Positions 49,430 through 62,070 of a DNA stretch of 64,000 bases are shown piece after piece; the stretch's first letter is position 1; each line of letters starts with the position of its first letter. A program made the translations under genes and the position numbers. The stretch spans positions 109,866,001 to 109,930,000 of the forward strand of contig NC_086097.1 in the NCBI RefSeq assembly GCF_963921235.1, written 5' to 3'. The DNA comes from Mobula hypostoma. Taxonomy: Eukaryota. Below the pieces are notes generated by a model. It made no database searches. It had not been told where the DNA came from and saw nothing but the letters and a program-made list of their open reading frames with translations.

Positions 49430-51910
49430 AGCACAGAGTCTGACAAAGGTGAGCTGTCATGCCTAGAACTGCATAGTGTGATTGAAGCAGATCACAAAAT
49501 CATATAGATCACAATAGATGTGCCTGGTGTAAAACAGAAAATGGAGCTGGATACAGGGTCAGCTTTGTCTATAATTTCAGAGTCTGACTACAACAGACTG
49601 CTTTCTAAGCTACCATTAGAAAAGACCTTGGTGATGCTAAAGACCTACACAGGCTAAAAAGTGTCTCCCAAGGACAAACTGAAAGTAAATGTGAAGTATG
49701 GAGGCCAAACACAGCAATTATAGCTTTATGTGTTGAAACGTGGAGGGCCAGCACTTTTCAGACATGAATGGTTGAGAAAAATCCAGCTAGACAATCAAAG
49801 CTCTCAATGTGTTATCAACAGGAAACTGCAGCCCAGATGGTAGCATTAACTAGAGAATGTCACAGCTACTTAATGCTAATGACAAGGTGTTTGAGAAGGG
49901 GATTGGTAAACTCAAAGGCAAGAAGGCCAGATTTGAACTGGATGAAGAGCAACACCAAGATTCCATAAGCACGTCCAGTGCCTTGTGCACTATGTCCTAA
50001 AGTGGATGCTGAACTTCAGAGTCTGGCATACCCTCCAAGGCTGGGTGGAGCAATTGGTCCACACCCATTGTCCTGGTGATCAAGAACAGGAAGCCAGAGC
50101 TGTTCACATCCGGGCGGACTTCGAAATGAGTTTCAACTCTGTGCTGCGTACTGTGCAGTATCCCCTGCCCCAAATAAAAGATATTTGCGTGCTTGGCAGT
50201 CAGGAGAGATTTTCAAAGATTTACTTGTCACAAGCCTATCTACAAATGGAGATTGAGGAGTCAAGCAGGAAGTTCCTCACAGTCAACACTCATAACAGAA
50301 TGTTCCAGTATAATCGTCTCATCTTTGGCATCAGATCAAACCCAGCAATCTGGCAAAAAGCAATGGACCAAGTACTCCAAGATATCCCAGGAAAACAATG
50401 CTACCTTAATGACATCATTGTGACCGGCAAGAATAATGAAGAGCACCTCTATAACCATGGTAAAGTGCTTCTCAGGCTGAGTGAGTATGGTCTGCATGCA
50501 AAGAGAGAAATGTGAGTTTTTCAGGAATGAAATCTCATGTTGGGGACACGTCATTCACAGGCCTGCTTACATAAGTCACAAGAGAAGGTTGTTTAGTTGC
50601 CACAGACATCCAAACCAGATTATGTGTCATAACTCAGGGCACACTTGGGTCTTGTTACCTACTACTCGGTTCCTCCCAAGCATAGCTACAGTGCTGCATA
50701 CATTGAATGCACAGTTACAGACAGGAGCAAAGTGGGAATGGTCAGAAAGATGTGAAAAAGCATTCATGGAAACAATGAGACAAATTACATCAGATGAACT
50801 GCCCACATATTATGACCCATCTCTTCCCATCAGACTGGCGTGCAATACATCCTCCAATGGTGTTGGAGCCATTTTGTCACACATTATGGAAGATGGATCC
50901 GAATGTCCGATTACATTTGCTTCAAGATCACTGGTGAGTGCAGAACACAGCTACACGCAGATTGACCAAGAGGCCCTTAGTTTAATATGGGGAATAAAGA
51001 AGTTCCACCACTACCTCTTCTCCAGTGACAGACCACCAGTTCCTTGTGTTCATTTTCAATCCCAGTGATGTCTGCTACCCAGTTGCAACATGGTACACTA
51101 GTCCTAGGAATAGAGTACACTCTTATGACATAGAGTTCAGGGGTACCAGACAACACAGCGGTGCTGATGGTTTGTCATGTTGGCAACTCAAGAAGATAAG
51201 TATTCATACTGTGACCCAGCAGAAGTGTTTCTCACAGCACTGGTGGACCAGTGGCCGGTAACAAATTCCGAAATACAAAGAGAAACAAGGAATGAACTGA
51301 CATTGTCAAAAGTCTATGACATCACCATGCAAAGATGGCCCGCTCATGGTAAGCCCATGTTTCCAGTGTTTTCTGTAAAACGAGACCAACTGTCTGTATG
51401 TCAAAGAACACTGACGTGTGGATCTCATGTTGTGGTTCCCTCTAACTGGCACACCAGAGTGTTAAAAAATCTGTACGAAGAACACTTGGGTACAGTCAAG
51501 ATGAAGAGCCTCACCTGGAGCTATGTGTGGTGGCCGGGAATAAATAGACAGATTGAAGACATGAACGAAAACTGTTCAGGATGCACTAAGTTCAAAATGC
51601 ACCCCCACAAGCACCGTTACACCCGTGGGAGTGGCATAGACTTCATGAAACTAGATCTACAGGAGAAGTGCAGAATAAACAGTTCAGCCAGTTGCCAAGT
51701 GAAGCAGCAAGGAGCTTTGAGATTGGACAGGAAGTCCTAACAATGATAGCCGAGAAGACAAGTACACAGTGTTCCCTGATGTACACAGTGAATGATGGAG
51801 ATCATACATGGGGACATTATGTGGACTAGATGCTGGATGCTAAGCCAAAGAACACACCTGAGTTGATGTATCCAACAAGATGGACACATTACAGCCATCG
51901 GACCAACCTC
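49430..51910 (+). mobile_element. Ty3/Gypsy pol relic, copy 2 (protease, RT, RNase H, integrase); same family as 26590-28530
   Basis: KMELDTGSALSIIS (protease, ~49540), QYPLPQIKDI, CYLNDIIVTG, LACNTSSNGVGAILSH, EHLGTVKMKSL..YVWWPG..CSGC. Confidence 0.9.
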
Positions 51911-51914
51911 TCAG

Positions 51915-52900
51915 TGATGATCATCAGGTGCCTGTGTGCTTGGAGGACTTTCCCAAGACAGCTGTGATAACCCCATTTGGCCTTTTTGAGTTTCTGAGCA
52001 TGCCGCTTGGGCTAAAATATACAGCACAAACTTCCCAACGGCTGCTGGACTCTGTATTAAAAGATTTACATTGCTTCCCTGGATGACATACTTGTTGCCG
52101 GTGCATCCAAATCCAAACACGTATCTCATCTCCACACACTTTTCATGCCAACACGGGTTGATTATTAACCCAGCTAAATGCAAGTTTGGGTTGTCAACCA
52201 TTGGCTTTCAGCCATCACACCTCCACAGAAGGTGCAGAGCCCCTCCAATCAAAAGTAGCCGATATTATGGATTTGCACTACTCAAAAACTACAGGAGTTC
52301 TGAGGTATGGTGAATTTCTATCATCTCTTCATTTTGCGAGCTGCTGAACTTGTGCTCCCCAAATAGTGTGCCCAAAGGCAATACTCCTCGTCAAATGCTT
52401 GACTGGTCAGCCACATGGCCAGAGCATTTGATGATATCAAATTAACTTTTTCTAACATTACCCTACTGGGGCACCCTCTCCCAATGCACCCAGAGCCATT
52501 ACACTGACGCCTCAGGCTATGCTGTGGGCGCTGTGCACAAATGGTTGGTTGGAAGCGTGTGGCAGCCGCTCGCCTACTTCAGTCAGCAGCTCCGGCACCC
52601 CAAAAGGAACTACAGCACATTTGACAGTAAGCCATTTTCATTTTCTTCTGGGGAGGGAGGTCACCATTTCACAACACTCATTGACCACAAACCCTCATGC
52701 ACACAATGGCCAAAATATCAGACCCTTGGTCTGCACAGCAGCATTGCCACCTGACCTACATATCAGAGTTCAGAAATGATATATGACATATAAAGGGGGA
52801 AAATAATGCTGTGGCCAATTGCCTCTCATGGCCAACCCCTACGTATCAGGGTTGACTATGCTGGCATGGCAGTCAACCAAGTTATTGACCCAGAGGTCCA
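51915..52900 (+). mobile_element. Third Gypsy family pol relic
   Basis: PKTAVITPFGLFEFLSMPLGLK, TDASGYAVGA, WQPLAYFSQQL, DHKP. Confidence 0.8.
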
Positions 52901-52929
52901 GGTTTATTGTGTAGCCATTCTATAGAACA

Positions 52930-53340
52930 GGTGTGACTAAGATTGGAGAAAAGATTCATAATGAAGTTGCTGGACCTGAAGTGCTTGAGTTATAAGGACA
53001 TATTTGGTAGGCTAGGATTGTTCTTCTTGGAACAAAGAAATCTGAAGAGTGGGGTTACTTTACAGAGGTTTATAAATTCATGAGGAGATAGATGAATCTT
53101 TACCCAGAGTTGAGAAATCTAAAATTTGACACCAGTGATTTGAGGTGAGAGGGAATAAGCTGAAGGGGATCTGAGAGGCAAGTTTCTCCCAAACGGAGTG
53201 TGCCAGGTTGTGCGGAATGAACTGTCAGAGCTAGGTACAATGACAGCACTTAAAACATTTGGACAGATATATGAATAGGAAAAGTTTAGAGCTGTCATCA
53301 GCAAATTTATAGATGGCATTTGAGCTGTGGCTCTTCACAC
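52930..53340 (+). mobile_element. Old CR1 3' fragment
   Basis: gagaaaagattcataatgaagttgc...ggggatctgagaggcaagtttc...ttaaaacatttggacagatatatg. Confidence 0.65.
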
Positions 53341-55149
53341 AATACCAGCTTGTGTGTGATAGCTATATCCTATGACTGAATTGCAAAATTTCCTTTTCCA
53401 GTACTGGTCCTATGTTACATTCCCCGTGTTCTTGATCATCGTTGGGTCAATTTAATTGAAAATCTTGTAAACACAAACTTAAAACGATCTTAAACCATAT
53501 TAAGTAACCAATCAAGGTAAAAGCAAATCATAGACTTTTGTACAGAGCCTCAGTGCATATCACCACGATACCATGGTGTACCTCCCTAGTAACAGTAACC
53601 AGACCAGTGGAAGGCAATTAGGAAACTAGGTAGGCTGTTAAGAGTGGACACAAAGACTTCCAGGCCTAGACTACTCAGATACAGACTTTCATCTCACTGC
53701 GAGCAGCTGCACTTGTGCAGGTTTAAGGATTCAAGCTGAACTCACATTGGCCCACCTAGAACGTACAATATGATACCACTGGGTTTGCTGACCGCCGAGT
53801 TCTAAACTCAAGTGAAGAACTTAAGCCCTACCCAATACACTGCAGATAGCTATGGGTAACTTCTCTAAAGGGATGTTATACTATATCCACTTACTCCTCA
53901 AATGCTAAATCACTTCCCTGTTTATCCATCACAGAGAGCTTACCTGCCAATACCCACTATTTGAGCAGAGGGTGCTCCCCTTCCTCCCAAGGAGGAGATG
54001 CTTCCACCTACAAAATAGTTTAAATACAGTTTTTTTTATTTTTAGTGATACACATTTAATTCCAAGCAATATTCTTGAAGCATGTTTAAACCTCACAGAG
54101 GTTTTCTATCTTATAAAAGATTTACAAATTACAAAGGATTTCCAAAACACAGGTACAATTCCGTAAAGCTAAAAAGACATGCCAATGAGTTGCAGAAAAA
54201 CAAATTGTCCATCACAGATATTGAAGATAGAGGAATGGATCTAGTCACCCTATTTTTCTGTTATTCTCCTTGCTGTTCTGTGACCATTTCTACCATGGCT
54301 GATAATTGGGTGACTTCAGAAACATGTGATATTTCTTCAGACACCGTTTTACAGAAACAGTCCAGAAACTTCTGGAGAGAGAGTTCCCAGATTCCAACAA
54401 TTAATGCTGTGAAGCTGACTCTGAGCGCACGACCTTCCAACTATCAACATATCAGCTTTTTGATGTGCTATTGATAGTATCAACCTGGTCTGCAAGCTTC
54501 CTTGAATGAATTAACTTAGCTAACGTTGCCTGGTTTGAAATAGGCTAATTAACATAACCCCATTATCTTACACTGCATCTATTGAGCAGGCAGCCTAGAT
54601 GCTGCTGGCCCAGCATCCTGTCCTCTATAGACAGTCCTGTTTGTTTGTAAAGCTGCCCTTTTAACTTCAGACTGATTATTGCTTTCCATTTACATTAAGA
54701 ACTCAAGACTGGCTCCCATTAATGGCAAGAAGTTGAACAAAGAATATTGGTTGGAATTTTAACTTCCTCAAAAACAACACTTTGATCTCTACAAGTGTGA
54801 GTTGCTAAGTTAGAAGGCTGAGCACGGCAAAAAAAAAGAAGGTCTCCCAGTCCTAGGCAGTGAATATCCTTCACACCCCACTCTTTCTAAGCAAAGGTTT
54901 CTAACACAATTTCTTCCTACAGAAATATGTTTTGCATTTATCACATATCTTTCCTTAAAACTGGCCATGCATTTCTGTCTTCAAATATGCAACATCAATT
55001 GACCAATCAGATTTACTCCCAGAGTTATTTCCTCTATAAACCTTCAAAAGTGGATGAGCCTCTGATGTCAGTGTGTCTGAACAACTTTTGTCATCAGAAA
55101 TTTCTCCCTTCCAAATGAACTGAATCATCAGTGCTATTGTGAGAGTGAG

Positions 55150-57560
55150 CACGTTTAAGGCATGGCGGTATAGACAGTTTTACGTTTATGAAAATATCAT
55201 GAAAATTGTTCAGGGCTAAATTATTTTTTCCTCACCTATTGATAATGCTATGCAACTGTATACATAGCAATAATTGAAGGCTTGTCTGAATATGTAATAT
55301 TGTCCATTTAGAGATATGCTTTTAGTGCAACCACAACATTTAGTATTATCAATTGGTCCCCAACAGTACATTTGTTATAGTTTTGTTTACCCCATTTTTC
55401 AACTTGTTAGTCGAAGCCTATCTGAAATATAATTGGATTTGTAAGGACACTATTAGGTCAGAATTAATTTCGTTGTAAGTTATTATTCGCAGCACAGCTC
55501 AAACTATTCCTGACTGTTTGATAATGGGAAATTTGGGTCTCTAGAAGCTGATTAGACTTAACAGTCTCAGTTGACCAGAGAGGACAATATTTTCATTTTA
55601 TCATACATTCTGCTCAGTGCATCTTTCCATCTTATCTCCCCATGCAAAAAACAAATCCAGGGCTTCAGTGTACCATTTAGACCATAATCCAGAAATTCAG
55701 AAAATTGTCCTGTTACCTTGACATTTAACAATAGAGTGGAATAGTGACCATATTTGGAGAAATGGAAATGTCTATAGTCTTTGTATTAAGTATGTTCATA
55801 AACTATACCTGTTGGCCATAAAGGGAAAGTGCAATGAGATATCCATCAAATATAGAAGAGTCTTCAGTAAAAAATGGTTTATGACAATGTTCTAGTTTAA
55901 CAGTTTCAATGTCTTCCCATGAGTGTGACCATTCAAGATTCAAGATTCATTTGTTATCAAAGAATGTATAAATTATATAACCTTGAGATTTGCCTGCTTA
56001 CAGGCAGCCAAAAGCATGAAACCTGAAAGAACCCAATTAAAAGAAAAAAGAATTAAAAAGATAAAAATAAAATAAAATCAATGCGCAAGAGAAAAAAAGA
56101 CAAGTTATGCAAACAACTGAAGTGAACAACAGCATTCTGAACCTAAATTGAGTCCTCAGATCCGAACCCTGGAACAGCCAGGCCCAAAGCCTCGCTTATC
56201 AGTTCATCATGTTAGCAGGCACAGAGCACAGCAGCCGGGCAGTCTCCATAGCCTCTGTGCTATGGAGATGACCATCGCAGAGAATGAGAGAAACCAGCTC
56301 TCATCCCGACTGACACCATGTAGTTTCAGTCTATCTGGGCCGGTGTTTAAATTGACCCAACGACAGAACAGTGAGAGGCTTCAATGGTCTGGAAAGAGGA
56401 GTGAAGACTGCGGAGGATGAGCAAAATTGGCTCACATGTTTAAATTGTCTAAACAGTGTAAAGTACCGGGCAGTGGGCCTGGACCACCTCGCCCAGTGAC
56501 TCACTCCAGGCCTGGATTCCATCACCCAGCCTGAAGCCGCTCTCAAGCTCTTCAGATCAGCTCAACCCCCAACCTCACTTCTGGACCAGTTCAATCAGCA
56601 TCAGAACTTCTTTGCTCGGGCCTTGACTTCTTCTTTCAATGCTCAGAGTGATACAGCCTTGCTCCCGGGCCAGCTGCTGGTCCAGCTGTACAGGCATCGG
56701 AACCCCAACTGCAACGATTCTGTAACAAACCATCTTGACTCATCCTCTGAACTTGCCTCACCATCGCTCATCCCTTCACTATTTGCGGCAATAGTTTAAC
56801 ATAACTTTCCACAGAAAAGCTATTTTTAGTGATGTTTTTAGTTGGGTTTCTTTTCTTTTCGACCACCAGAAGCTGCAGCACACATTTGGATGGTAGCGTC
56901 ATCTTATTCAGAAGCCGCCATTAACAATATCTATTGGGGGGATCTATAGCAAGGAATTCCTCTATTAGTTTACCTTCAAAATCTGGGGTGGAATTTTTTA
57001 CATTTGTTGGAGTGTCATTAATAATTTTCAGAAGTGATTTTTTTTTGCCCTCCCATGTATAGATGTTCATTTCGTCAGCAATATAGTCAGTGACTGTTTA
57101 AGTGGACAGGAACAGTCACTTTGCCAGAGGCAAGGTTGTATAAGTTCAGTGTATAAGTTCACATATGACCAAAGGGCAAGGGGTATTTTGTAATATTTAA
57201 AGTAGAATTATCATTGCTCGAAGATCCCCTTAATCTAATATTCTCTGAGTCATTACATTTTAAAGGTGGCCAAGCCAGAAGAGACAATTTCCACAGCAAA
57301 TGCAACTTCATCCGCTAAAAGACAATTGGCAAGTAAGACAGCATTGAACAATATTACTGTAGGCATGAGTATTAAAGTAAAATACAACAAAAGAAACATT
57401 TCTTCCTGGAGTTTAAGTCTTGTTTACTCTGAAAACAAAAGTGCATTCTGGATGCATGATCCCTGGTTAATCGACCCATGAGATCTTCCTTAAATGAACA
57501 AAATTTTTATATTTCTTTTTAGATCTAATCATGTGGTTTTGTCTTTACAATACATCCACT
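55150..57560 (-). pseudogene. env: Putative degraded retroviral env downstream of the foamy-like integrase (interrupted at 55932-56905)
   Basis: Lies directly 3' of the integrase. Hydrophobic MFLLLYFTLILMPTVILFNAVLLANCLLA (~57400-57315), then frames with N-X-S/T sequons (NDS, NST, NIT, NDT, NST, NGT) and Cys-rich segments (CWGPIDNTKCCGC). Multiple stops and frameshifts; no firm alignment recognised. Confidence 0.4.
55932..56905 (-). mobile_element. Non-autonomous retroelement with (TTGAATC)n tail
   Basis: ttcaagattcaagattcatttgttatcaaagaatgtataaattatataaccttgagatt end, as at 9523. Confidence 0.6.
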
Positions 57561-57609
57561 CCCCCTTCCCATCATGGTGTAGGTGTTACGTACTCATTCT
57601 GTGGTGGGG

Positions 57610-58030
57610 GGGGGGATAAGTCCTGCTGGGGCAGGTTTGATGTTATCTATGTAGATGGTTTAACTTATAGTATTATTTCCCCTCCTGGTCTCGGTTACTA
57701 CAGTTCTATTGTTGATAACCTGGGTAATGAGACAAGGGGGACTCCATCTAGCATGGAAAAAAGGATCAGAATTATGTTTATGTAATTTTTTTCCTTGGAC
57801 ACAGTTCCCTTTTTGTGTACTCCTATTTTCACAATTGGCATATTGTTTACAGACAATTGCACTTCAGGGACAAACATAGCCTACTTTTGGCCTCTAGAGT
57901 AAACCAGTTTTGCCAAGCCTTGCTTAATCTCCTGATTCCCTCATTCCACTGTGCCACTTGATTGGGGGTGGAATGGAGTGCTTTTCTGCACTTGTATACC
58001 TATTTGTTCACACGGGGCCTGAAAGCCTTT
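57610..58030 (-). pseudogene. pol: Foamy-virus-like integrase, C-terminal half (core E motif plus CTD)
   Basis: Manual translation: KGFQAPCEQIGIQVQKSTPFHPQSSGTVE*GNQEIKQGLAKLVYSRGQK*AMFVPEVQLSVNNMP, then after a deletion/frameshift GNCVQG...ARWSPPCLITQVINNRTVVTETRRGNNTIS*TIYIDNIKPA. Absent from the ORF track because of stops. Confidence 0.82.
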
Positions 58031-58356
58031 ACAGGGGTCGGTGTTGGGACCTCTGCTTTTTAGATGTATCTCAGTGATTGGACTACGGTATTAATGGATT
58101 TGTGGCTAAATTTGCCAATGATACAAAGATAGGTGGAGGAGCGGGTAGTGTTGAGGAAACAGAGAGCCTGCAAAGAGACTGAGGCAGTTTAGGGGAATGG
58201 GCAAAGAAGTGACAAATGAAATACAATGTGGGAAAGTGTATGATCATGCACTTTGCTGAAAGAAATAAACAGACAGACTATTATTTAGATGGGGAGAGAA
58301 TTCAAAATGCAGGGATGCAAAGGGATATGGGAGTCCTTGTGCAAGACACCCTAAAG

Positions 58357-59575
58357 CAGGGGTCCCCAACCTTTTTTGCACCACAGACCGATTTATTATT
58401 GACAATATTCTTGCGGACCGGCCGACCGGGGTGGGGGGGGCGGTGGGTAGGGTTGCCAACAGACAAGAGTAGCAGTCAAATAAGTTGTGTTTACCCCGAG
58501 AAAGACTACCATGACCATGAAGCCTTGGGCGGGCACCTGTGTGCGCATGCGTGACATGTGCATCCATGTACGTGCCGATTTTTGGCGGTTCTTTTCGGCG
58601 GGGGGGGGGTGCTAATCGCAACCGGAATATAGGTGATAAGTGGCAATACACTTAATTTCATTTCTAAAAGGGTTTATGTAATGAATTTAATATTAAACAC
58701 ACAGCGCATATTTTCCTCGTATGAATATAGTGATAAGTCAATTATCAGGGGAGGACAGGGGAGCTTGAAGTAAGTGTTGAATGAACTTCCAGTAGAAGTG
58801 GTAGAAGCAGGTTTGATATTATCATTTAAAGAAAAATTGGATAGGTATATGGACAGGAACGGAATGGAGGGTTATGGGCTAAGTGCAGGTTGGTGGGTCG
58901 AGGTGAGAGTAGCGTTCGGCACGGACTAGAAGGGCAGAGGTGGCCTGTTTCTGTGCTGTATTTGTTATATGGTTATATAAGTCACTTATAAGTCAATGGC
59001 GTCATAACATTTTAAGTAATGTTTGGATATTAAACACACAGCACATATGTTCCCCGTATGAACATATAAAATCATTGCAACACATCAATATCGCTGAATC
59101 AGTGGGAGCCCTGGGCTTGTTTCCCTGCAACAAGACGGTGCCATCGAGGGGTGATGGGAGACAGCGATACTCGAAGGGGGTTCGTTATGTCCAGTCTATT
59201 CTGCAATTTAGTTTTCGTTGCATTCATTGCAGAGATATGTTGGAAATGGAAGCAACGTTTTCAGTGCTTTTGTGGCTATCTCAGGATATTTAGCCTTGAC
59301 TTTGAGATCCGGAATGCCGGCAGAGATGTTATGTCAAACATACTTTTCAGCCCGCCGTCATTTGCAAGCTCAAGGAGTTGAACACCTTCCCGCGCTGACA
59401 TGGATGACGCGTGGGTAATGACCTCGCGTGCGTTCAAGCTCAACAGTGCGCGTGACAGGGAATGGGGAAAGGTGCAGCTGACTCATATCGCCAAATCATA
59501 TAGTTTCCTCGCGGCCCGGTAGCACATACTTTCCGGCCCGGTATCGGTCCGCAGCCCGGTGATTGGGGACTGCTG
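58357..59575. mobile_element. hAT-Charlie non-autonomous element (MER1/Charlie3-like) containing a CR1 3' fragment (~58775-58978)
   Basis: TIRs CAGGGGTCCCCAAC / ATTGGGGACTGCTG; TSD CCCTAAAG / TCCTAAAG. Confidence 0.88.
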
Positions 59576-59751
59576 TCCTAAAGGTTAACCTTCAGGCTGA
59601 GTTGGTTGTGAAGAAGGTGAATGCAAGTTTGGCATTCATTTCTAGAGGTATAGAATATAAGCAAGGATGTGATGTTGAAGCTCTGTAAGGCACTTGTGAG
59701 ACCACACTTGGAGTATTGTGTGCAGTTTTGGGCTCCTTATATTAGAAAAAA

Positions 59752-62070
59752 CTAGACAACAGGGTGACCCATTGAGGCACCCTTTGAGAGAAAGGTAGTG
59801 CTGTCTGATGTGACCAGAATGAACAGTAAATTTCCCTGAATGCTATTGCTATCGCTTTGCTTTGGAAATTAAAGAAGAAAAGCTCAGTTTATTAAAGAAG
59901 AAAGACACGTAGCAAAACAAATATAGCTCCTCCTCGTTTAACGAAGGACACTTTTGATGACAACATTTCTGGTTGATCTGCCACCCTTCAAGAATACTCT
60001 AACATTTTTTTTTCCCTGGTTTAAAGCCACATACATCTGACCATGCTGGAATACCGGTTTCTTCAGATAAATCAATACGTTCTCCATGGTTTGGCCTTGC
60101 GCCTTATGTATAGTCATAGCAAAGCATGACTGTATTGGGAACTGGCTCCGCCGAAGAGGGACATCTTCCCCTTCTGATAAATTGAGAGTAATTCTTGGGA
60201 TCATGACAATGTCATCTTTGAACGCACCAGTGTTTATCTTTGCTGCAATGAGATTGTCGTGCAGTTCTTCCACCATCATTCGCGTTCCATTGCAAAGCCT
60301 TGGTGAATACAAGTTCCTCATTGAAATGATGGGAGATCCCCTCTTCAATTCCAGTTTATGTGGTGGCATTTCAGAGAGTTCGATCAAATCAAGGAATTCT
60401 GTTGGAAAATGAGTGGTGTTAGCTCCTTCACTTACGGCATTGAAGGAACAGTATTCTTTCATGATTCCAGGGAAGCATCTAATGCATGTGAAGTTTATTT
60501 TTCGCATCATTTCATTGAGAGGAACCGAGATAGAATTCCTCAAGAGCAGTTCTGCAGGATTGTCGAATGTCTGCTAGCTGAAATCAATACATTCTTCCAT
60601 AGTTTTTGCTGGCAGAACCATATCTTCCAGTAATTCGATTTCATCATTTTCATTTTTCTCAATCTTATCTTCTCCAACATCCAATAAGAACTCAGAATAT
60701 TGTCCTTCTCCCTCACTCAATCGCATGATTCTCTTCATTTGAAACTTGATGAAGCTTCTCCATAGGTAGGGTTTTTTTATGCATGAATTCTCCACATCAG
60801 CATCATTTCCTTATTTCACAACTGCTAGAAGCTGACAGAAATCGCCACAGCAAATGGTTAAAATACCCGCAAAAGCCTCATTCTTGCCGCATACATCATG
60901 AAGAATCTGGCCCACAGCTTCAAAGCTCTCCCTCCTAATCATGGGGCATTCATCCCAGACAATAAGCCTCGCATTTTGGAGTAAATTTGCAGTAGTGGTA
61001 TTTTTATCGATGTTACAAAGGGCACATTCATTGACTTTGAGGAGTATCTTGAATTTTGAATGCGCTGTCCTACCATGGGGCATCAATGTTGCTGCAATAG
61101 CAGATGATGCTACAGCGATAGCAGCACTTCCATCTCCCCTAACTTTAGTGAGGATCAAATTGATGATAAATGTCTTGCCTGTTCCTCCTGGTGCATCAAT
61201 GAAAATCATTGAAGAGCGATTCCTTTCCAAGCAGTCGCACACATATTTATGTACTTCCCTTTGCTCATTATTCAACAGGGGCTCCTTCTGTGAAACAAAT
61301 TCCTGCTGTTTGTCTCTGTTGTATTGCAGTTCATGCAATAATTCCAGAATGCCAGCACTTTGAGTAATTGTACTGTTCTTGGTGTTGGCAAGTTATACTC
61401 TTCAAGTGATTTGCCCAAGTTCTCAAGTTTCTCTTGGAAATACAGGAGAGCTTGTCCATGATGTCTCTCAATTAGGCTGGTCATATTTTTGTACCTTAAT
61501 GCTGGATAAAAGATACAAAGCAGTAACACCAAAGCCTCCAGGATGCTGATTTCTCTTGATGATGTGGTTGGCACTCTCCCAAATGGACGTGATATCGTCA
61601 CTGCTGTCCTTTGACTGCAGCAAAGGGTTTTATGGGTGTTTTGAAGTACCTCATTACAATAAGATTTAATTATCTCTTATTGATTGGTCACAGTTTGATC
61701 TGTCTCAATCCTGCACATGCTGATGGTGATTAGCAGAATGTGACCGCTCGAAATAGAGCTGCCCTGCCCTTTTGCTCCAGTAGGTGTCGCTGCTGTGAGC
61801 ATCATGAGGTGCTGCTAAGGCTGGCCATGCGCATGCGATGTGGTGTCACGTCACGGTTTCCATGAAAGCTGCAATCGGGTGATGACAAGTGAGCAATTTT
61901 ATACGAATATAACCCTGACCTATACGAATATAACCCTGACCTTTGCATGCATTCTGTAAGTTAGCGCATTTTAAGTCCATTTAGTCAAAAAAAGTGCTGC
62001 TGTTTGGGCTAATTTGAGGGCACAAACAGACAAACAGATAAACAGAATGAGAATTTTAGTAATGTATAGA
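59752..62070 (-). mobile_element. Helitron, internally deleted, both termini intact
   Basis: Minus strand starts TCTATACATTACTAAAA with (CTGT)-like repeats and ends AGGGTG-cctcaatgggt-CACCCT-gttgtCTAG (subterminal hairpin plus CTAG). Inserted between A and T with no TSD. Confidence 0.92.
59938..61470 (-). pseudogene. Helitron PIF1-family helicase, disrupted
   Basis: IDAPGGTGKT (Walker A), GRTAHS, IVWDECPM (Walker B), CGDFCQL, RLCNGTR, QFPI, AMTIHKAQGQT, HGQMYVAL; split over several ORFs. Confidence 0.93.

Noticed and set aside
54440..54478. Hairpin ACTATCAA-CATATCA...TGATGTG-cta-TTGATAGT as a pre-miRNA
   Set aside because: Only ~39 nt with a bulge; too short and plausible by chance in AT-rich DNA.
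54300..54560. Possible foamy Env TM fusion-peptide region on the minus strand
   Set aside because: Only a weak resemblance (GYV..ISNQATLAKL) with stops and no furin site; not supportable by eye.
59938..61338. Host PIF1 helicase gene
   Set aside because: Intronless, disrupted and enclosed by Helitron termini inside a CR1.
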